DNA of 64,000 nucleotides from Vicinamibacterales bacterium (GCA_963784045.1 CAWAPZ010000003.1:174143-238142); one strand, 5' to 3'. Shown: positions 11,314 to 21,158, counted from the stretch's first letter. Notes: generated from the sequence alone by a model not told the origin. Numbers and translations are program-made.

Positions 11314-11877
11314 ATGGCGTCCATTCAAGCGACACGACTGCGGAAAGGCAATCTCATCAAGGTCGGCGACGACCTGCTCCGCATTCTCGAGCTCCACCAC
11401 CTGACCCCGGGCAACAAGCGCGGATTCGTCCAGTGCCGGGCGCGCAACATCCGCACCAATACGCTCATCGATCACAAGTTCCGCGCGGAAGAAGATATCG
11501 AGCGCGCGATTCTCGACGAGCACGACATGCAGTATCTGTATACGGAAGGCGACTCGTTCCACTTCATGAACACGGAGACGTTCGAGCAGCTCCACATCGA
11601 TCGCGAGGTGCTGGGCGATGCGGTCAACTACATCCTGCCGGACTCCACCATCAAAGTGGAGTTCTACGGAGACGAACCGGTGGGCATTGATTTGCCGGTG
11701 ACGGTCGATCTCCGCGTCGATGACACGGTGCCGGGCATCAAGGGCGCGACAGCGAGCGCGCAGGTGAAGCCGGCGCGCACCGAAACCGGCCTCGTCGTGC
11801 AGGTGCCGCCGTTCATCAACGTCGGCGACCGCATCCGCGTCAACACGGAAACCGGCGAATATCAGTCTCGAGTCTGA
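11314..11877 (+). CDS. efp: Elongation factor P family protein
   Basis: 187 aa, collinear with EF-P along its whole length. C-terminal motifs [15 protein letters not shown] and TGEYQSRV. Confidence 0.93.
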   Translation: MASIQATRLRKGNLIKVGDDLLRILELHHLTPGNKRGFVQCRARNIRTNTLIDHKFRAEEDIERAILDEHDMQYLYTEGDSFHFMNTETFEQLHIDREVLGDAVNYILPDSTIKVEFYGDEPVGIDLPVTVDLRVDDTVPGIKGATASAQVKPARTETGLVVQVPPFINVGDRIRVNTETGEYQSRV

Positions 11878-12476
11878 TGGACGTCCCGCTCCGCCAGCCC
11901 GTCCACGGTTGGATCGAAGTGATCACCGGCAGCATGTTCAGCGGAAAAAGCGAGGAGCTTATTCGCCGGCTTCGCCGAGCGCAGATCGCGCGGCAGCGGG
12001 TGCAGATCTTCAAGCCGGCCTTCGACAACCGGTTCGCGGGCTCGGACATCGTCTCGCACAGCGAGATGCGCATACAAGGCGTCAACGTCGGCAGCTCGGC
12101 GGAACTGCTGAGGCTGGTCAACGACGACACCGAGGTGGTCGGCATCGACGAAGCGCAGTTTTTCGACAAGGAGTTGCCGGCCGCCTGCACGCAGCTTGCA
12201 GGCAGCGGCAAACGCGTCGTCGTGGCGGGCCTCGATACCGATTACCTCGGCCGCCCGTTCGAGCCGATGCCGGTCATGATGGCGATTGCCGAATATGTGA
12301 CAAAGACGCATGCCATCTGCATGGTCTGCGGCAATCCTGCGAGCCACACGCAGCGCCTCGTCGTCAGCGATGAGCGGCTTCTGCTCGGCGCGACGGGCAC
12401 TTACGAGGCTCGGTGTCGGAAGTGTTTTGATCCCACGCTGGCATCGGCGGGAAGAGAGATTGAAAGTGAAAAGTAG
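11877..12476 (+). CDS. tdk: Thymidine kinase
   Basis: P-loop [11 protein letters not shown] and a C-terminal zinc-binding pair (CMVCG..., CRKC). The start overlaps the efp stop. Confidence 0.92.
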   Translation: MDVPLRQPVHGWIEVITGSMFSGKSEELIRRLRRAQIARQRVQIFKPAFDNRFAGSDIVSHSEMRIQGVNVGSSAELLRLVNDDTEVVGIDEAQFFDKELPAACTQLAGSGKRVVVAGLDTDYLGRPFEPMPVMMAIAEYVTKTHAICMVCGNPASHTQRLVVSDERLLLGATGTYEARCRKCFDPTLASAGREIESEK

Positions 12477-12524
12477 AAAGTGAAAAGTAGAGAGTAGAAA
12501 GTCTAGAGTCCAAATTCCAAAGTC
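12455..12524. repeat. 7-bp tandem array, about 10 units: GAAAGTG AAAAGTA GAAAGTG AAAAGTA GAGAGTA GAAAGTC TAGAGTC CAAATTC CAAAGTC
   Basis: Read directly. Spans the last codons and stop of tdk and ends 5 nt before ATG 12530. Confidence 0.9.
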
Positions 12525-12529
12525 GAGTC

Positions 12530-13114
12530 ATGAGCACCCAGTGGACCCCGCAACTCCTTCTTTTGCTGGGCGTCGGGTTTCTCGTCGCCAATGTGCGAGT
12601 CGGGGTTGACGGGCTGAGGTTTCTTCGGCGTCGGTCGTCGGCGCTGCTGATTTGGCGCGGGCCCAAACCGCGGTACTACGGGCTGCAGCTTGCGCTCGGC
12701 GTGGTGCTGGGCGCGCTGCTGATTTACCACATCGTCAACGTCATGCGTTCCGCACCGGAAATCCGCGGACGCTATGCACCTCAGGTGTTCGGCATCGGCA
12801 TGATGTTCGTGTACTACGGTTATGTGGTTCCGTTGAGCCGGCGGATTGGCCGAGGCTTTTACGCCGACGGTATCTGGTCCGAGACCGGCTTCGTCCCGTA
12901 CTGGAAAATCGGCGCTGTTTCGTGGCGGGAAGGGGAAGAGGTCGCCCTGGTCATCGTGTCCCGGCTGCGCAACCTGGCCCGAAGACTGATCGTGCCGGGG
13001 GTCCACTACGGCGCCGCTCGCCGCCTGCTGCGGGAAAAAATAGCCGCCCACGATATACAGTTGTTGCATACCGGGCTGGAGTTGGGGGCCCACGACGAGA
13101 TCGATGATGCGTAA
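12530..13114 (+). CDS. Hypothetical membrane protein (about 3 TM segments plus a soluble C-terminal domain)
   Basis: 194-aa ORF with hydrophobic helices and good third-position GC. No family recognised. Confidence 0.55.
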   Translation: MSTQWTPQLLLLLGVGFLVANVRVGVDGLRFLRRRSSALLIWRGPKPRYYGLQLALGVVLGALLIYHIVNVMRSAPEIRGRYAPQVFGIGMMFVYYGYVVPLSRRIGRGFYADGIWSETGFVPYWKIGAVSWREGEEVALVIVSRLRNLARRLIVPGVHYGAARRLLREKIAAHDIQLLHTGLELGAHDEIDDA

Positions 13115-13144
13115 TCGGGTGCAATGGTGCAAAAGGCGACGGGG

Positions 13145-13186
13145 CGGACCAACGGTCAACGGTAGACGGTAAACTTAAAACGGCAT
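13145..13186. repeat. 7-bp tandem array: ACGGTCA ACGGTAG ACGGTAA ACTTAAA ACGGCAT
   Basis: Read directly. Lies upstream of ku. Confidence 0.75.
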
Positions 13187-13207
13187 CGTGCCGATATGGG
13201 AAGGCAT

Positions 13208-14065
13208 ATGGCAGCACGAGCAACCTGGAAGGGCTTTCTCAAGGTCAGCCTGGTGAACATTCCGATCAAGGTGTTCCCGGCCACCGAGTCAAGCGGCACG
13301 CTCTCGTTCAACCAGCTTCACGGCGAGTGCCAGACCCGTATTCAGCAGAAGCGATGGTGCCCGACCTGTAATAAGGAGGTCGCCAACACCGAGCTCGTGA
13401 AGGGTTACGAGTTCGAAAAGGGGCGGTACGTCGTCATGACGGAGGACGACATCGAGAAGGTGCGTCCAACGTCCACACGCGTCATCGACCTCGTCCAGTT
13501 CGACGACGCCGGGTCCCTCGACCCGATGTACGTGGATCGGACGTACTACCTCGCGCCTGATGGGCAGGTGGCAGCCGACGCATTCGCCGTCTTCAGCGAG
13601 GGAATGAAAGGCAAGATCGGCGTCGGTAAGCTCGCGCTTTACGGGCGCGAATACCTCGTCGCGGTAAAACCGCACGACCGGGGCCTCGTGATGTACACGC
13701 TCCATCATGCCGCTGAGATCCGCGGCACCGAAAGCATCGAAGAGCTCGCCACGATCCCGACCAAGGTGAAGCCCCAGGAAGTGCAGCTGGCCAAGCAGGT
13801 CATCGCGACATTCGAGAAAAAGCTCGATCTGAACGAGTATCGCGACGAGTACCGTGAGGGCCTTCAGCACATCATCGACGCGAAGGTCGCAGGCGAAGAA
13901 TTCGTCGCGCCGGCTGTGGAGATGCCCGCGAAGGTCGTGAATCTGATGGAGGCGCTCAAGAAGAGCCTCGACACGGTGAGCGCCAACAAGAAGCCCGCCG
14001 CGAAGGCAGATCTGAAGGTGGTCAAAAAGGGTAAAAGCGCGGAGCCGAAACGTCGGCGAGCATAG
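13208..14065 (+). CDS. ku: Ku protein (non-homologous end joining)
   Basis: MAARATWKGFLKVSLVNIPIKVF is the typical bacterial Ku N-terminus. Basic C-terminal tail. SD-like GGGAAGG lies 3 nt upstream of ATG 13208. Confidence 0.9.
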   Translation: MAARATWKGFLKVSLVNIPIKVFPATESSGTLSFNQLHGECQTRIQQKRWCPTCNKEVANTELVKGYEFEKGRYVVMTEDDIEKVRPTSTRVIDLVQFDDAGSLDPMYVDRTYYLAPDGQVAADAFAVFSEGMKGKIGVGKLALYGREYLVAVKPHDRGLVMYTLHHAAEIRGTESIEELATIPTKVKPQEVQLAKQVIATFEKKLDLNEYRDEYREGLQHIIDAKVAGEEFVAPAVEMPAKVVNLMEALKKSLDTVSANKKPAAKADLKVVKKGKSAEPKRRRA

Positions 14066-14086
14066 AAACGAAAAACGAAGAACGAA
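14066..14086. repeat. 7-bp tandem array, 3 units: AAACGAA AAACGAA GAACGAA
   Basis: Starts immediately after the ku stop. AACGAAT (14081-14087) pairs with ATTCGTT (14101-14107). Confidence 0.7.
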
Positions 14087-14119
14087 TTGCGGTTTTCGCT
14101 ATTCGTTATCATGTTCTCC

Positions 14120-15109
14120 ATGCGCTTTATTGTCCTGGGTGCCGGCGCCGTTGGCGGCGTCGTGGGGGGACGGCTCGCGCAGCACGGGCATGAGGTCGTG
14201 CTCATCGCACGGGGCGCCAACTACGAGGCGATTCGTGACAATGGCCTCCGGATCGAGTCGCCCGACGCTGCGGAGACGCTTCACATTCCTGTCGTCGACA
14301 CACCCGCGTGCCTCACCTGGTCGAGCGATGACGTTCTTCTTCTCGCGACCAAGACCCAGGATACCGAACGCGCCCTCGATCAGCTCGAGCAGACGGCGCC
14401 GCGCACGATGCCTGTTCTGTGCGCGCAGAATGGTGTCGCCAACGAACGCATGGCAGCGGATCGGTTTGCCAACGTCTACGGCGTGTTCGTGTGGTGCCCT
14501 GCCGACTATCTGACGCCAGGCACAGTGCAGGTTTGGTGCGCGCCGACTAGCGGCATTCTTCATGTCGGCTGCTATCCATCCGGCACCAACCCGACGGCAG
14601 AGGCAGCGGCTGCGGCGTTCAGGGACTCGACATTCCTCGCCGACGCCAAGCCGGACATCATGCGCTGGAAATATCGGAAGCTGTTATCGAATCTCGGAAA
14701 TGCTGTCGACGCGCTGTGCGGCACAGCGGCGCGGGGCAGCGGTCTTGCCCAGCGCGCACGGCGCGAAGGGATCGCCTGTTTCGAGGCGGCGGGGATCTCG
14801 TTTATCGCCGACGACGAAGAGGATGCGGGTCAGCTCGAGCGCCAGGTGCAGCCGAGAACGATCGACGGCGTGGAGCGGCAAGGCGGATCGTCATGGCAGA
14901 GTCTCGCCCGCCGGCTGGGCACCATCGAGACGGATTATCTGAACGGAGAAATCGTCCGGATGGGGCGGGACCACGGAGTGCCGACACCCGTCAACGCGTT
15001 GCTGCAGTACCTTTCGCAACGGGTCGCGCGCGAGCGGCGCCCGCCTGGCAGCATCAACCCCGACAAGATTCTGATTGCGCTAGATCTTCGACAGAATCCA
15101 CTGGAGTAG
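14120..15109 (+). CDS. Ketopantoate reductase (PanE/ApbA) family oxidoreductase
   Basis: Rossmann N-terminus MRFIVLGAGAVGGVVGG and an ApbA-like C-terminal domain. Alternative in-frame starts at 14087 and 14111. Confidence 0.75.
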   Translation: MRFIVLGAGAVGGVVGGRLAQHGHEVVLIARGANYEAIRDNGLRIESPDAAETLHIPVVDTPACLTWSSDDVLLLATKTQDTERALDQLEQTAPRTMPVLCAQNGVANERMAADRFANVYGVFVWCPADYLTPGTVQVWCAPTSGILHVGCYPSGTNPTAEAAAAAFRDSTFLADAKPDIMRWKYRKLLSNLGNAVDALCGTAARGSGLAQRARREGIACFEAAGISFIADDEEDAGQLERQVQPRTIDGVERQGGSSWQSLARRLGTIETDYLNGEIVRMGRDHGVPTPVNALLQYLSQRVARERRPPGSINPDKILIALDLRQNPLE

Positions 15110-15859
15110 CCCCGGCTGGCCCGCGGCCGTTGGATCGTTCAGCCAGTCTGGCGGCGTGAGCCAGACGAATGCCAGGATCGCGATCACCCACAAGTCGTAT
15201 GGGATCGTCGTGCGTTCGTCGCGCCAGAAGAACGCACGGTTGAACGTGCCGCGCAACCCGCTCGTCGACGGCAGGGGCTGCTTGTTGAGCGCCAGATACG
15301 TATAGTGGATGCGGTTGGCGACCGATAGCACGGAGAGTACCAATATCACCCACAGGATCCCGGCCATTCTGTTCGTGAACGCGCCGATCATGAACAGCAC
15401 GATCCGCTCCGGCCGCTCCATGAAGCCGACCTTGCACTTTTCGATCAGGCACTCCGCACGCGCACGGGCGTAGCTCGTCATGATCGCAAAAATCAGCGTG
15501 AGCGTCGTGATCAGGACGTAGTCGGTGCGCCCGAGCTTCGCGTACAACCAGATAAGGCCAGTGAAGAGCGCGAGGTCGGAGAAACGATCGAGCGTCGAAT
15601 CCCAGAACGCACCGAATTCGGATTGCGTGCCGGTGATGAACGCCACCTTCCCGTCGATGAAGTCGAAAATATTGGCGCAGATCATGATGAAGCCCGCCAA
15701 CACGAAGCGGTTGTGCGCGAGCGCGAAAGCGGCCGCGCAATTGATCAGGACGCCAATCAGCGTAAGAGTGTTCGGAGAGATACCAAGCGCCACGCTGGCG
15801 CCGATGATGGCGCGCAGCGGGAACATGGAGATTTTCCCGACAGTTCCGGTAAAGGTCAT
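15080..15859 (-). CDS. CDP-alcohol phosphatidyltransferase family protein
   Basis: Signature DFIDGKVA...GAFWDSTLDRFSD within a polytopic membrane protein. Confidence 0.85.
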   Translation of the reverse strand: MTFTGTVGKISMFPLRAIIGASVALGISPNTLTLIGVLINCAAAFALAHNRFVLAGFIMICANIFDFIDGKVAFITGTQSEFGAFWDSTLDRFSDLALFTGLIWLYAKLGRTDYVLITTLTLIFAIMTSYARARAECLIEKCKVGFMERPERIVLFMIGAFTNRMAGILWVILVLSVLSVANRIHYTYLALNKQPLPSTSGLRGTFNRAFFWRDERTTIPYDLWVIAILAFVWLTPPDWLNDPTAAGQPGLLQWILSKI

Positions 15860-15961
15860 TTGTGGTCGCGGGGCCCCGGTCCCGCTCCGCTCGCGGCTCT
15901 CGGATCGGAGGATATAATGAAAGGTTCGTTGATTCGCTTAGAGCGCGCGTCATAGTACCGT

Positions 15962-17776
15962 ATGCCCGTCCAGAACCTCAAGAGCCAGATCGCCCGACTG
16001 CCCGAGCAGCCCGGGGTGTATCTGTTCTCGAACGACGAAGGCGAGACGATTTACATCGGCAAGGCGCGATCGCTTCGCGACCGCGTGCGCAGCTATCTGG
16101 GTGCGCGAGGACTCCATCCCAAGACGGACGCGCTGCTCGACGAGGCTGCGGGTCTCACTGTCATCGTCACCGACTCGGTCGTCGAGGCGCTGGCGCTCGA
16201 GAACAACCTCGTCAAGGAGCGCTCGCCGCGCTACAACGTCCGGCTGCGCGACGACAAGAACTATCCCTATCTGCAGCTGACGACGAACGAAGACTTCCCT
16301 CGCGTGCTCGTCGCGCGTCGCGTCGAGCGAGACGGGAGCTTCTACGCCGGTCCGTTCATGCCCGCGTCGCTCGCGCGCCGGACGATGGGGTTGACGCACC
16401 GGCTTTTCGGCATGCGCTCGTGCAACGAAGTCATCACCGGCAATCGCGAGCGGCCCTGCCTCGAGTACGACATCAAGCGATGTATCGCGCCGTGCGTCGT
16501 CGCAATCTGTTCGAAGGAGCAGTACGACGCGGCCGTGCAGCATACCCACCTGTTCTTCGAAGGAAAAAATGACGAGCTCATCGATCGGCTGACGGCATCG
16601 ATGAGCGACGCGGCGGCGGCGGAACGGTTCGAGGAAGCCGCGCACCTTCGCGATGCCGCGCGAACCGTGCAGACGCTTCGCGACCGCCAGCAGAAAATTG
16701 CGACCGTGCGGCTGGGCGACCGGGATGCTTTCGGCTTGCACATGGGACCAGCAGGCGCGGTCGTCCACGTATTTGTGATGCGCGCCGGCAAAGTGCTCGA
16801 GCGCGTGGAGCTGGCCGCGAACGAAGGCATTTCGGGCACGGCGGCAGAGATCCTTCAGGCGTCTGTCGAGCAGTTCTATGAGGATCGGCCCGCCCCCGCC
16901 GAAGTGCACCTGTCGAGCGACCCAGAGGACGCCGAACTGCTCGAGGCGTGGCTTTCGGCCCGCGCGGAGCGGCGCGTGCAAGTGCTGGTACCGAAGCGCG
17001 GCGACAAGCGCGGGTTGGTCGAGCTTGCCGTGCGCAACGCACGCATCGCGTATCAGGCGCGCCTCATCGACACAGGACTCTCGCAGTACGACGCGTTGGA
17101 GATCTTGCGGTCGACGCTGGCGCTGCCGGCAATCCCGCGGCGCATCGAGTGCTTCGACATCTCGACGATTCAGGGCAGCGAGACGGTGGCATCGATGGTC
17201 GTCTGCGAGGACGGCAAGATGCGAAAAAGCGACTACCGCAAGTACCGGATCTCCCCGGCGAACCACGCGGGATCGGACGATTTCGCGGCGATGAACGAGG
17301 TCGTCACGCGGCGGTATCGCAAGCTCCTCGAACAGGGCGGGCCGTTTCCAGACCTCATTCTGATCGACGGCGGCAAGGGGCAACTGTCGGCCGCCTACGA
17401 CGCGCTGCAGCAGCTTGGTCTCGCCAACCTGATTGCGGTCGGCATCGCGAAGAAGGAAGAGCTCCTGTATACGCGCGATCGCGAGGAACCGATTGCGTTC
17501 GAGAAAGACGATCCGGCGTTGCGGCTCGTCCAGCAGATTCGCGACGAAGCGCACAGGTTCGCCGTGACCTTTCATCGAAAGGCGCGCGCAATGCGCGATT
17601 TGCGCTCAGAGCTCGATAGCGTCCCGGGCGTGGGGCCGCGCCGGAGGAGGGCATTGCTCGTTGCGTTCGGCAGCCTCGCCGGCGTGCGCCGCGCGTCTCG
17701 CGAAGAGCTGACCGCCGTCGTCGGCGCGAAAACGGCCGATGCGGTACTCGGATACTTCGCCGGCGGGGGGCGGTAA
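15962..17776 (+). CDS. uvrC: Excinuclease ABC subunit C
   Basis: 604 aa. GIY-YIG N-terminus (GVYLF...IYIGKA), UVR domain, and C-terminal (HhH)2. Confidence 0.95.
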   Translation: MPVQNLKSQIARLPEQPGVYLFSNDEGETIYIGKARSLRDRVRSYLGARGLHPKTDALLDEAAGLTVIVTDSVVEALALENNLVKERSPRYNVRLRDDKNYPYLQLTTNEDFPRVLVARRVERDGSFYAGPFMPASLARRTMGLTHRLFGMRSCNEVITGNRERPCLEYDIKRCIAPCVVAICSKEQYDAAVQHTHLFFEGKNDELIDRLTASMSDAAAAERFEEAAHLRDAARTVQTLRDRQQKIATVRLGDRDAFGLHMGPAGAVVHVFVMRAGKVLERVELAANEGISGTAAEILQASVEQFYEDRPAPAEVHLSSDPEDAELLEAWLSARAERRVQVLVPKRGDKRGLVELAVRNARIAYQARLIDTGLSQYDALEILRSTLALPAIPRRIECFDISTIQGSETVASMVVCEDGKMRKSDYRKYRISPANHAGSDDFAAMNEVVTRRYRKLLEQGGPFPDLILIDGGKGQLSAAYDALQQLGLANLIAVGIAKKEELLYTRDREEPIAFEKDDPALRLVQQIRDEAHRFAVTFHRKARAMRDLRSELDSVPGVGPRRRRALLVAFGSLAGVRRASREELTAVVGAKTADAVLGYFAGGGR

Positions 17777-17796
17777 GCGGTTATACTCTCTACCCG

Positions 17797-18414
17797 TTGC
17801 TGCCGGACCTCAACGTTCCCTATCTCGTCACCGCCCTCCTGGTTTTGATCTTTTCGTTGAGCGTTCACGAGGCGGCTCACGCATGGTCGGCGAGCCAGCT
17901 GGGTGATGACACCGCGAAACGTCTCGGTCGTGTCACCTTGAACCCCGTCGTTCACGTCGATCTCATCGGCACCTTGTTACTGCCCCTGGTGGCGATGCTC
18001 TCGGGCGCGCCGCTGATTGGCTGGGCGAAGCCGACGCCGGTCAATACGCGCAACCTGCGGCACCCACGGCGCGATCAGATTCTTGTCACGGCCGCGGGGC
18101 CCATCAGCAACCTCGTGATCGCGTTGGCGGCCGCCGCGGTGCTGCGAGCGGGCGCCTCCGAAGGCAACTGGCTCGGGATGCTCGTGATCGAGGCGCTGAC
18201 GCTCAACGTCCTGCTCGCCGTGTTCAACATGCTGCCGATACCGCCGCTCGACGGCGGGCAAATTGTGATGGGCCTGCTGCCGCCGCGGGTCGCGTTGCAA
18301 CTCCGTTTCCTGTATGAGTACGGCTTTTTGATACTGATGGGATTGCTCGTCACCGGCGTGCTCTGGGCGTTGGTAGGGCCGCCGTATTATGTGATCCTCT
18401 CGTGGCTGCGCTGA
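17797..18414 (+). CDS. Site-2 protease (peptidase M50) family membrane metalloprotease
   Basis: HEAAHAW zinc motif in TM1, polytopic topology, and downstream NMLPIPPLDGG motif. Confidence 0.8.
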   Translation: MLPDLNVPYLVTALLVLIFSLSVHEAAHAWSASQLGDDTAKRLGRVTLNPVVHVDLIGTLLLPLVAMLSGAPLIGWAKPTPVNTRNLRHPRRDQILVTAAGPISNLVIALAAAAVLRAGASEGNWLGMLVIEALTLNVLLAVFNMLPIPPLDGGQIVMGLLPPRVALQLRFLYEYGFLILMGLLVTGVLWALVGPPYYVILSWLR

Positions 18415-19412
18415 CCGCTCGCAAACGCGTCGTCTCGGGCATGCGCCCGACGGGACAGCTGCACCTCGGCCACCTGGTCGGCGCCCTGCAGAACTGGGTC
18501 GCGCTGCAGGAGCAGTACGAGTGTTTCTACTTCGTCGCCGACTGGCACGCGCTGACGACCGACTACGCCGATACCAGCCGGTTGACGCAGTTTGCGTACG
18601 ACAACGCGATTGACTGGATCGCAGCCGGGCTCGATCCGGAACGCAGCACGTTTTTCGTGCAGTCGATGGTGCCCGAGCACGCCGAGTTGTACCTGCTGCT
18701 AGCGATGGCGACCCCGGTGTCGTGGCTCGAGCGCGTGCCGACCTACAAGGAGCAGCAGGACGCGCTGTCCGACAAAGATCTGTCGTCGATCGGGTTCCTC
18801 AGCTATCCGTTGCTGCAGACAGCGGACGTCGCGATGTATGACGCGAATCTCGTCCCTGTCGGCGACGATCAGGTCGCACACCTGGAGCTCGCGCGTGAAG
18901 CGGTTCGCCGCTTCAATCGCTTCTACGGCAGTGTCCTCGTCGAGCCGCAGCCGCTGCTGACGAAAACATCGCGCCTGCCCGGCCTCGACGGCGGCAAAAA
19001 GATGAGCAAGAGTCTAGGCAACACGATTCTGCTGTCCGAGGAGACGAACGCCGTCAAGAAGAAAGTACGCTCGATGTACACGGACCCGAAGCGCATCCGT
19101 CCAGACATCCCGGGCACGGTCGAGGGGAATCCAGTATTCCTGTATCACGATGTGTTCAATGCGGATATCGCAGAGGTCGAAGACCTCAAGTCTCGGTATC
19201 GCGCAGGAAGAGTTGGCGACGTCGAAGTCAAGGACAAGCTTGCGAACGCACTGAATGCGACACTCGAGCCGTTGCGCGAGCGGCGCCGAGAACTTGCTTC
19301 GCGGCCGCACCGGATTCGTGAGATCCTCGTCGAGGGCTCGGCGCGCGCGCGGCGGACGGCGGTTGAAACAATGGAGCGCGTGCGGGACGCCATGCAGATC
19401 TCCTACAAATGA
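18402..19412 (+). CDS. trpS: Tryptophan--tRNA ligase
   Basis: 336 aa. HIGH-type motif GQLHLGHL and KMSKS motif KKMSKS. Confidence 0.95.
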   Translation: MAALTARKRVVSGMRPTGQLHLGHLVGALQNWVALQEQYECFYFVADWHALTTDYADTSRLTQFAYDNAIDWIAAGLDPERSTFFVQSMVPEHAELYLLLAMATPVSWLERVPTYKEQQDALSDKDLSSIGFLSYPLLQTADVAMYDANLVPVGDDQVAHLELAREAVRRFNRFYGSVLVEPQPLLTKTSRLPGLDGGKKMSKSLGNTILLSEETNAVKKKVRSMYTDPKRIRPDIPGTVEGNPVFLYHDVFNADIAEVEDLKSRYRAGRVGDVEVKDKLANALNATLEPLRERRRELASRPHRIREILVEGSARARRTAVETMERVRDAMQISYK

Positions 19413-20251
19413 ACGAGTTGCCTCCTTCATCCTCCGACTTCGAGTCCGCGCCGGACGCCTACTCGGTGAAGCTCGATTCCTTCGAAGGCCCCCTCGATCT
19501 CTTGATTCACCTGATCAAGAAGAACGAGGTGAACATCTACGACATCCCTATCGCCCTCATCACCCGGCAGTATCTCGAGTACATCGAGATGATGAAGGAG
19601 CTGAATCTCGATACGGTCGGCGAGTTCCTGGTGATGGCGGCGACGCTGATTCACATCAAGTCGAAGATGCTCCTGCCGCGGCCGGAATCGGCCCAGGAAG
19701 GCGCGCCCGAGGAGGATCCGCGCGATGCGCTGGTGCGCCGGCTCCTGGAACACCAGAAGTTCAAAGCCGCCGCGGAGCTGCTCCACGAGCGCGCCGTGTT
19801 GCGCGGCGCGCAATGGATTCGTCCGGACGGGCGCATCGCCGAGATTGCCGGCGACGAGTACGCCTACGAGCCGGAGGTCGAAGTCGATCTCTTCAGCCTG
19901 CTCGCGGCGTTCCGCGGCGTCCTCGAGCGAGCCAAGCAGCGGCCGAAAATGCTGCTGCCGCCCGAGGAAGTGCCAGTCGAGGTCCGGATCGATCAGCTGC
20001 TTGCGATGCTCTCCGAAACCGAAGCGTGCGGCTTCGAGGATCTGTTTGCGAAGGATGACTCGCGCGGTGGAATGATCGTGACATTTCTCGCGCTGCTCGA
20101 GATGATCCGCCTGAAATTGATACGTGTCTTTCAGACGATGGCATTCGGACCGATTCGGGTCTATAAGAGAGCGCGGCCGGTTGACGCACCGGTGCCGATT
20201 GGCGATCCTGAGGCAGTTAAAAACGAAAAACGAAAAGCGGAAAACGAATAA
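19409..20251 (+). CDS. scpA: Segregation and condensation protein A
   Basis: FEGPLDLLIHLIKKNEVNIYDIPIA is the typical ScpA N-terminus. Followed by scpB. Confidence 0.9.
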   Translation: MNELPPSSSDFESAPDAYSVKLDSFEGPLDLLIHLIKKNEVNIYDIPIALITRQYLEYIEMMKELNLDTVGEFLVMAATLIHIKSKMLLPRPESAQEGAPEEDPRDALVRRLLEHQKFKAAAELLHERAVLRGAQWIRPDGRIAEIAGDEYAYEPEVEVDLFSLLAAFRGVLERAKQRPKMLLPPEEVPVEVRIDQLLAMLSETEACGFEDLFAKDDSRGGMIVTFLALLEMIRLKLIRVFQTMAFGPIRVYKRARPVDAPVPIGDPEAVKNEKRKAENE

Positions 20252-20270
20252 CGAACAGCGAAAACGAACC
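20219..20270. repeat. 7-bp tandem array, about 7 units of AAAACGA type
   Basis: CGA/GCG recurs at 20224, 20231, 20238, 20245, 20252, 20259 and 20266. Covers the scpA C-terminal codons and stop. Confidence 0.9.
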
Positions 20271-20312
20271 GATTCTAGATTCCAGATTCCCGATTCCAGA
20301 TTCCAGAGTCAA
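20271..20312. repeat. 7-bp tandem array: GATTCTA GATTCCA GATTCCC GATTCCA GATTCCA GAGTCAA
   Basis: Read directly. Abuts the AAAACGA array. Lies upstream of scpB. Confidence 0.92.
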
Positions 20313-20329
20313 ACTCAGGTAGCACCACT

Positions 20330-20983
20330 ATGAGTGACGAACTGAAGCCGGTCATCGAAGCACTGATTTTCGCGTCGCCCGATCCGCTCACGCCAAAGAT
20401 GCTTTTCAAGCTTCTCGAGAGCGAGCCGAAAGAAGACGTCGAAGCAGCCGTCGAGGCGCTCAAGCGCGACTACGACCGGCCTGGCGGCCTGCAGCTGGTC
20501 GAAGTGGCCGGCGGATATCAGATTGTCACGAAGCCGGAGCTGCACGAGTGGGTGCGGCGGCTGTTCCACGAGCGGACGACGCAGCGGCTGTCGGTGCAGG
20601 CGCTCGAGACGCTCGCCGTGATCGCCTACAAGCAGCCGATCACCGCGCCCGAGATCACCGAAATCCGCGGCGTCAACACCGCCGGCGTCGTCAATACCCT
20701 GATCGAGCGACAGCTCGTGAAAATCGTCGGTCGAAAGCAGGTCGTCGGGCGGCCGTTCATGTACGCCACCACGCGCGAATTCCTGATCCGGTTCGGCCTG
20801 CGCGATCTGTCCGACCTGCCGAAGATCGAAGAGATGGCCGAAGCGCTCGGCTTTGACGTGCCGGCCGGGCTCGCCGCGCCGTCGCCCTCGCAGGCGCAAC
20901 TGGATCTTCTCGAGAGTGCCGCGCCGATCGAGGAGATTCAGTCGATGTCGATCGACGTCGAGCCCGGCGAGAAGATTCACTGA
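20330..20983 (+). CDS. scpB: Segregation and condensation protein B
   Basis: Tandem winged-helix ScpB motifs (IEALIFAS..PL, ETLAVIAYKQPIT..EI..IRGV). Confidence 0.9.
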   Translation: MSDELKPVIEALIFASPDPLTPKMLFKLLESEPKEDVEAAVEALKRDYDRPGGLQLVEVAGGYQIVTKPELHEWVRRLFHERTTQRLSVQALETLAVIAYKQPITAPEITEIRGVNTAGVVNTLIERQLVKIVGRKQVVGRPFMYATTREFLIRFGLRDLSDLPKIEEMAEALGFDVPAGLAAPSPSQAQLDLLESAAPIEEIQSMSIDVEPGEKIH

Positions 20984-20994
20984 TCTCCGGATTC

Positions 20995-21105
20995 GCCGCG
21001 GAGACGCCACGACGCGACGGATCTTGAACAAGAGGTCAGCACATCAGGAGGCGCTCTTCAGAATCCCCGCCGGACGCATGCGGCTTCATTCCAGACGTAC
21101 TCAAC
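20995..21105 (+). repeat. Copy 1 of a roughly 110-bp dispersed element (head GCCGCGGAGACGC..GGATCTTGAAC, tail CCAGACGTACTCAAC)
   Basis: Aligns by eye with 21453-21562 along its whole length at roughly three quarters identity. Confidence 0.8.
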
Positions 21106-21158
21106 GCGAAGACGCGAAGGCACCATGAAAGAGTGCTCTTGCCAGAAGGTGAGGTCGA

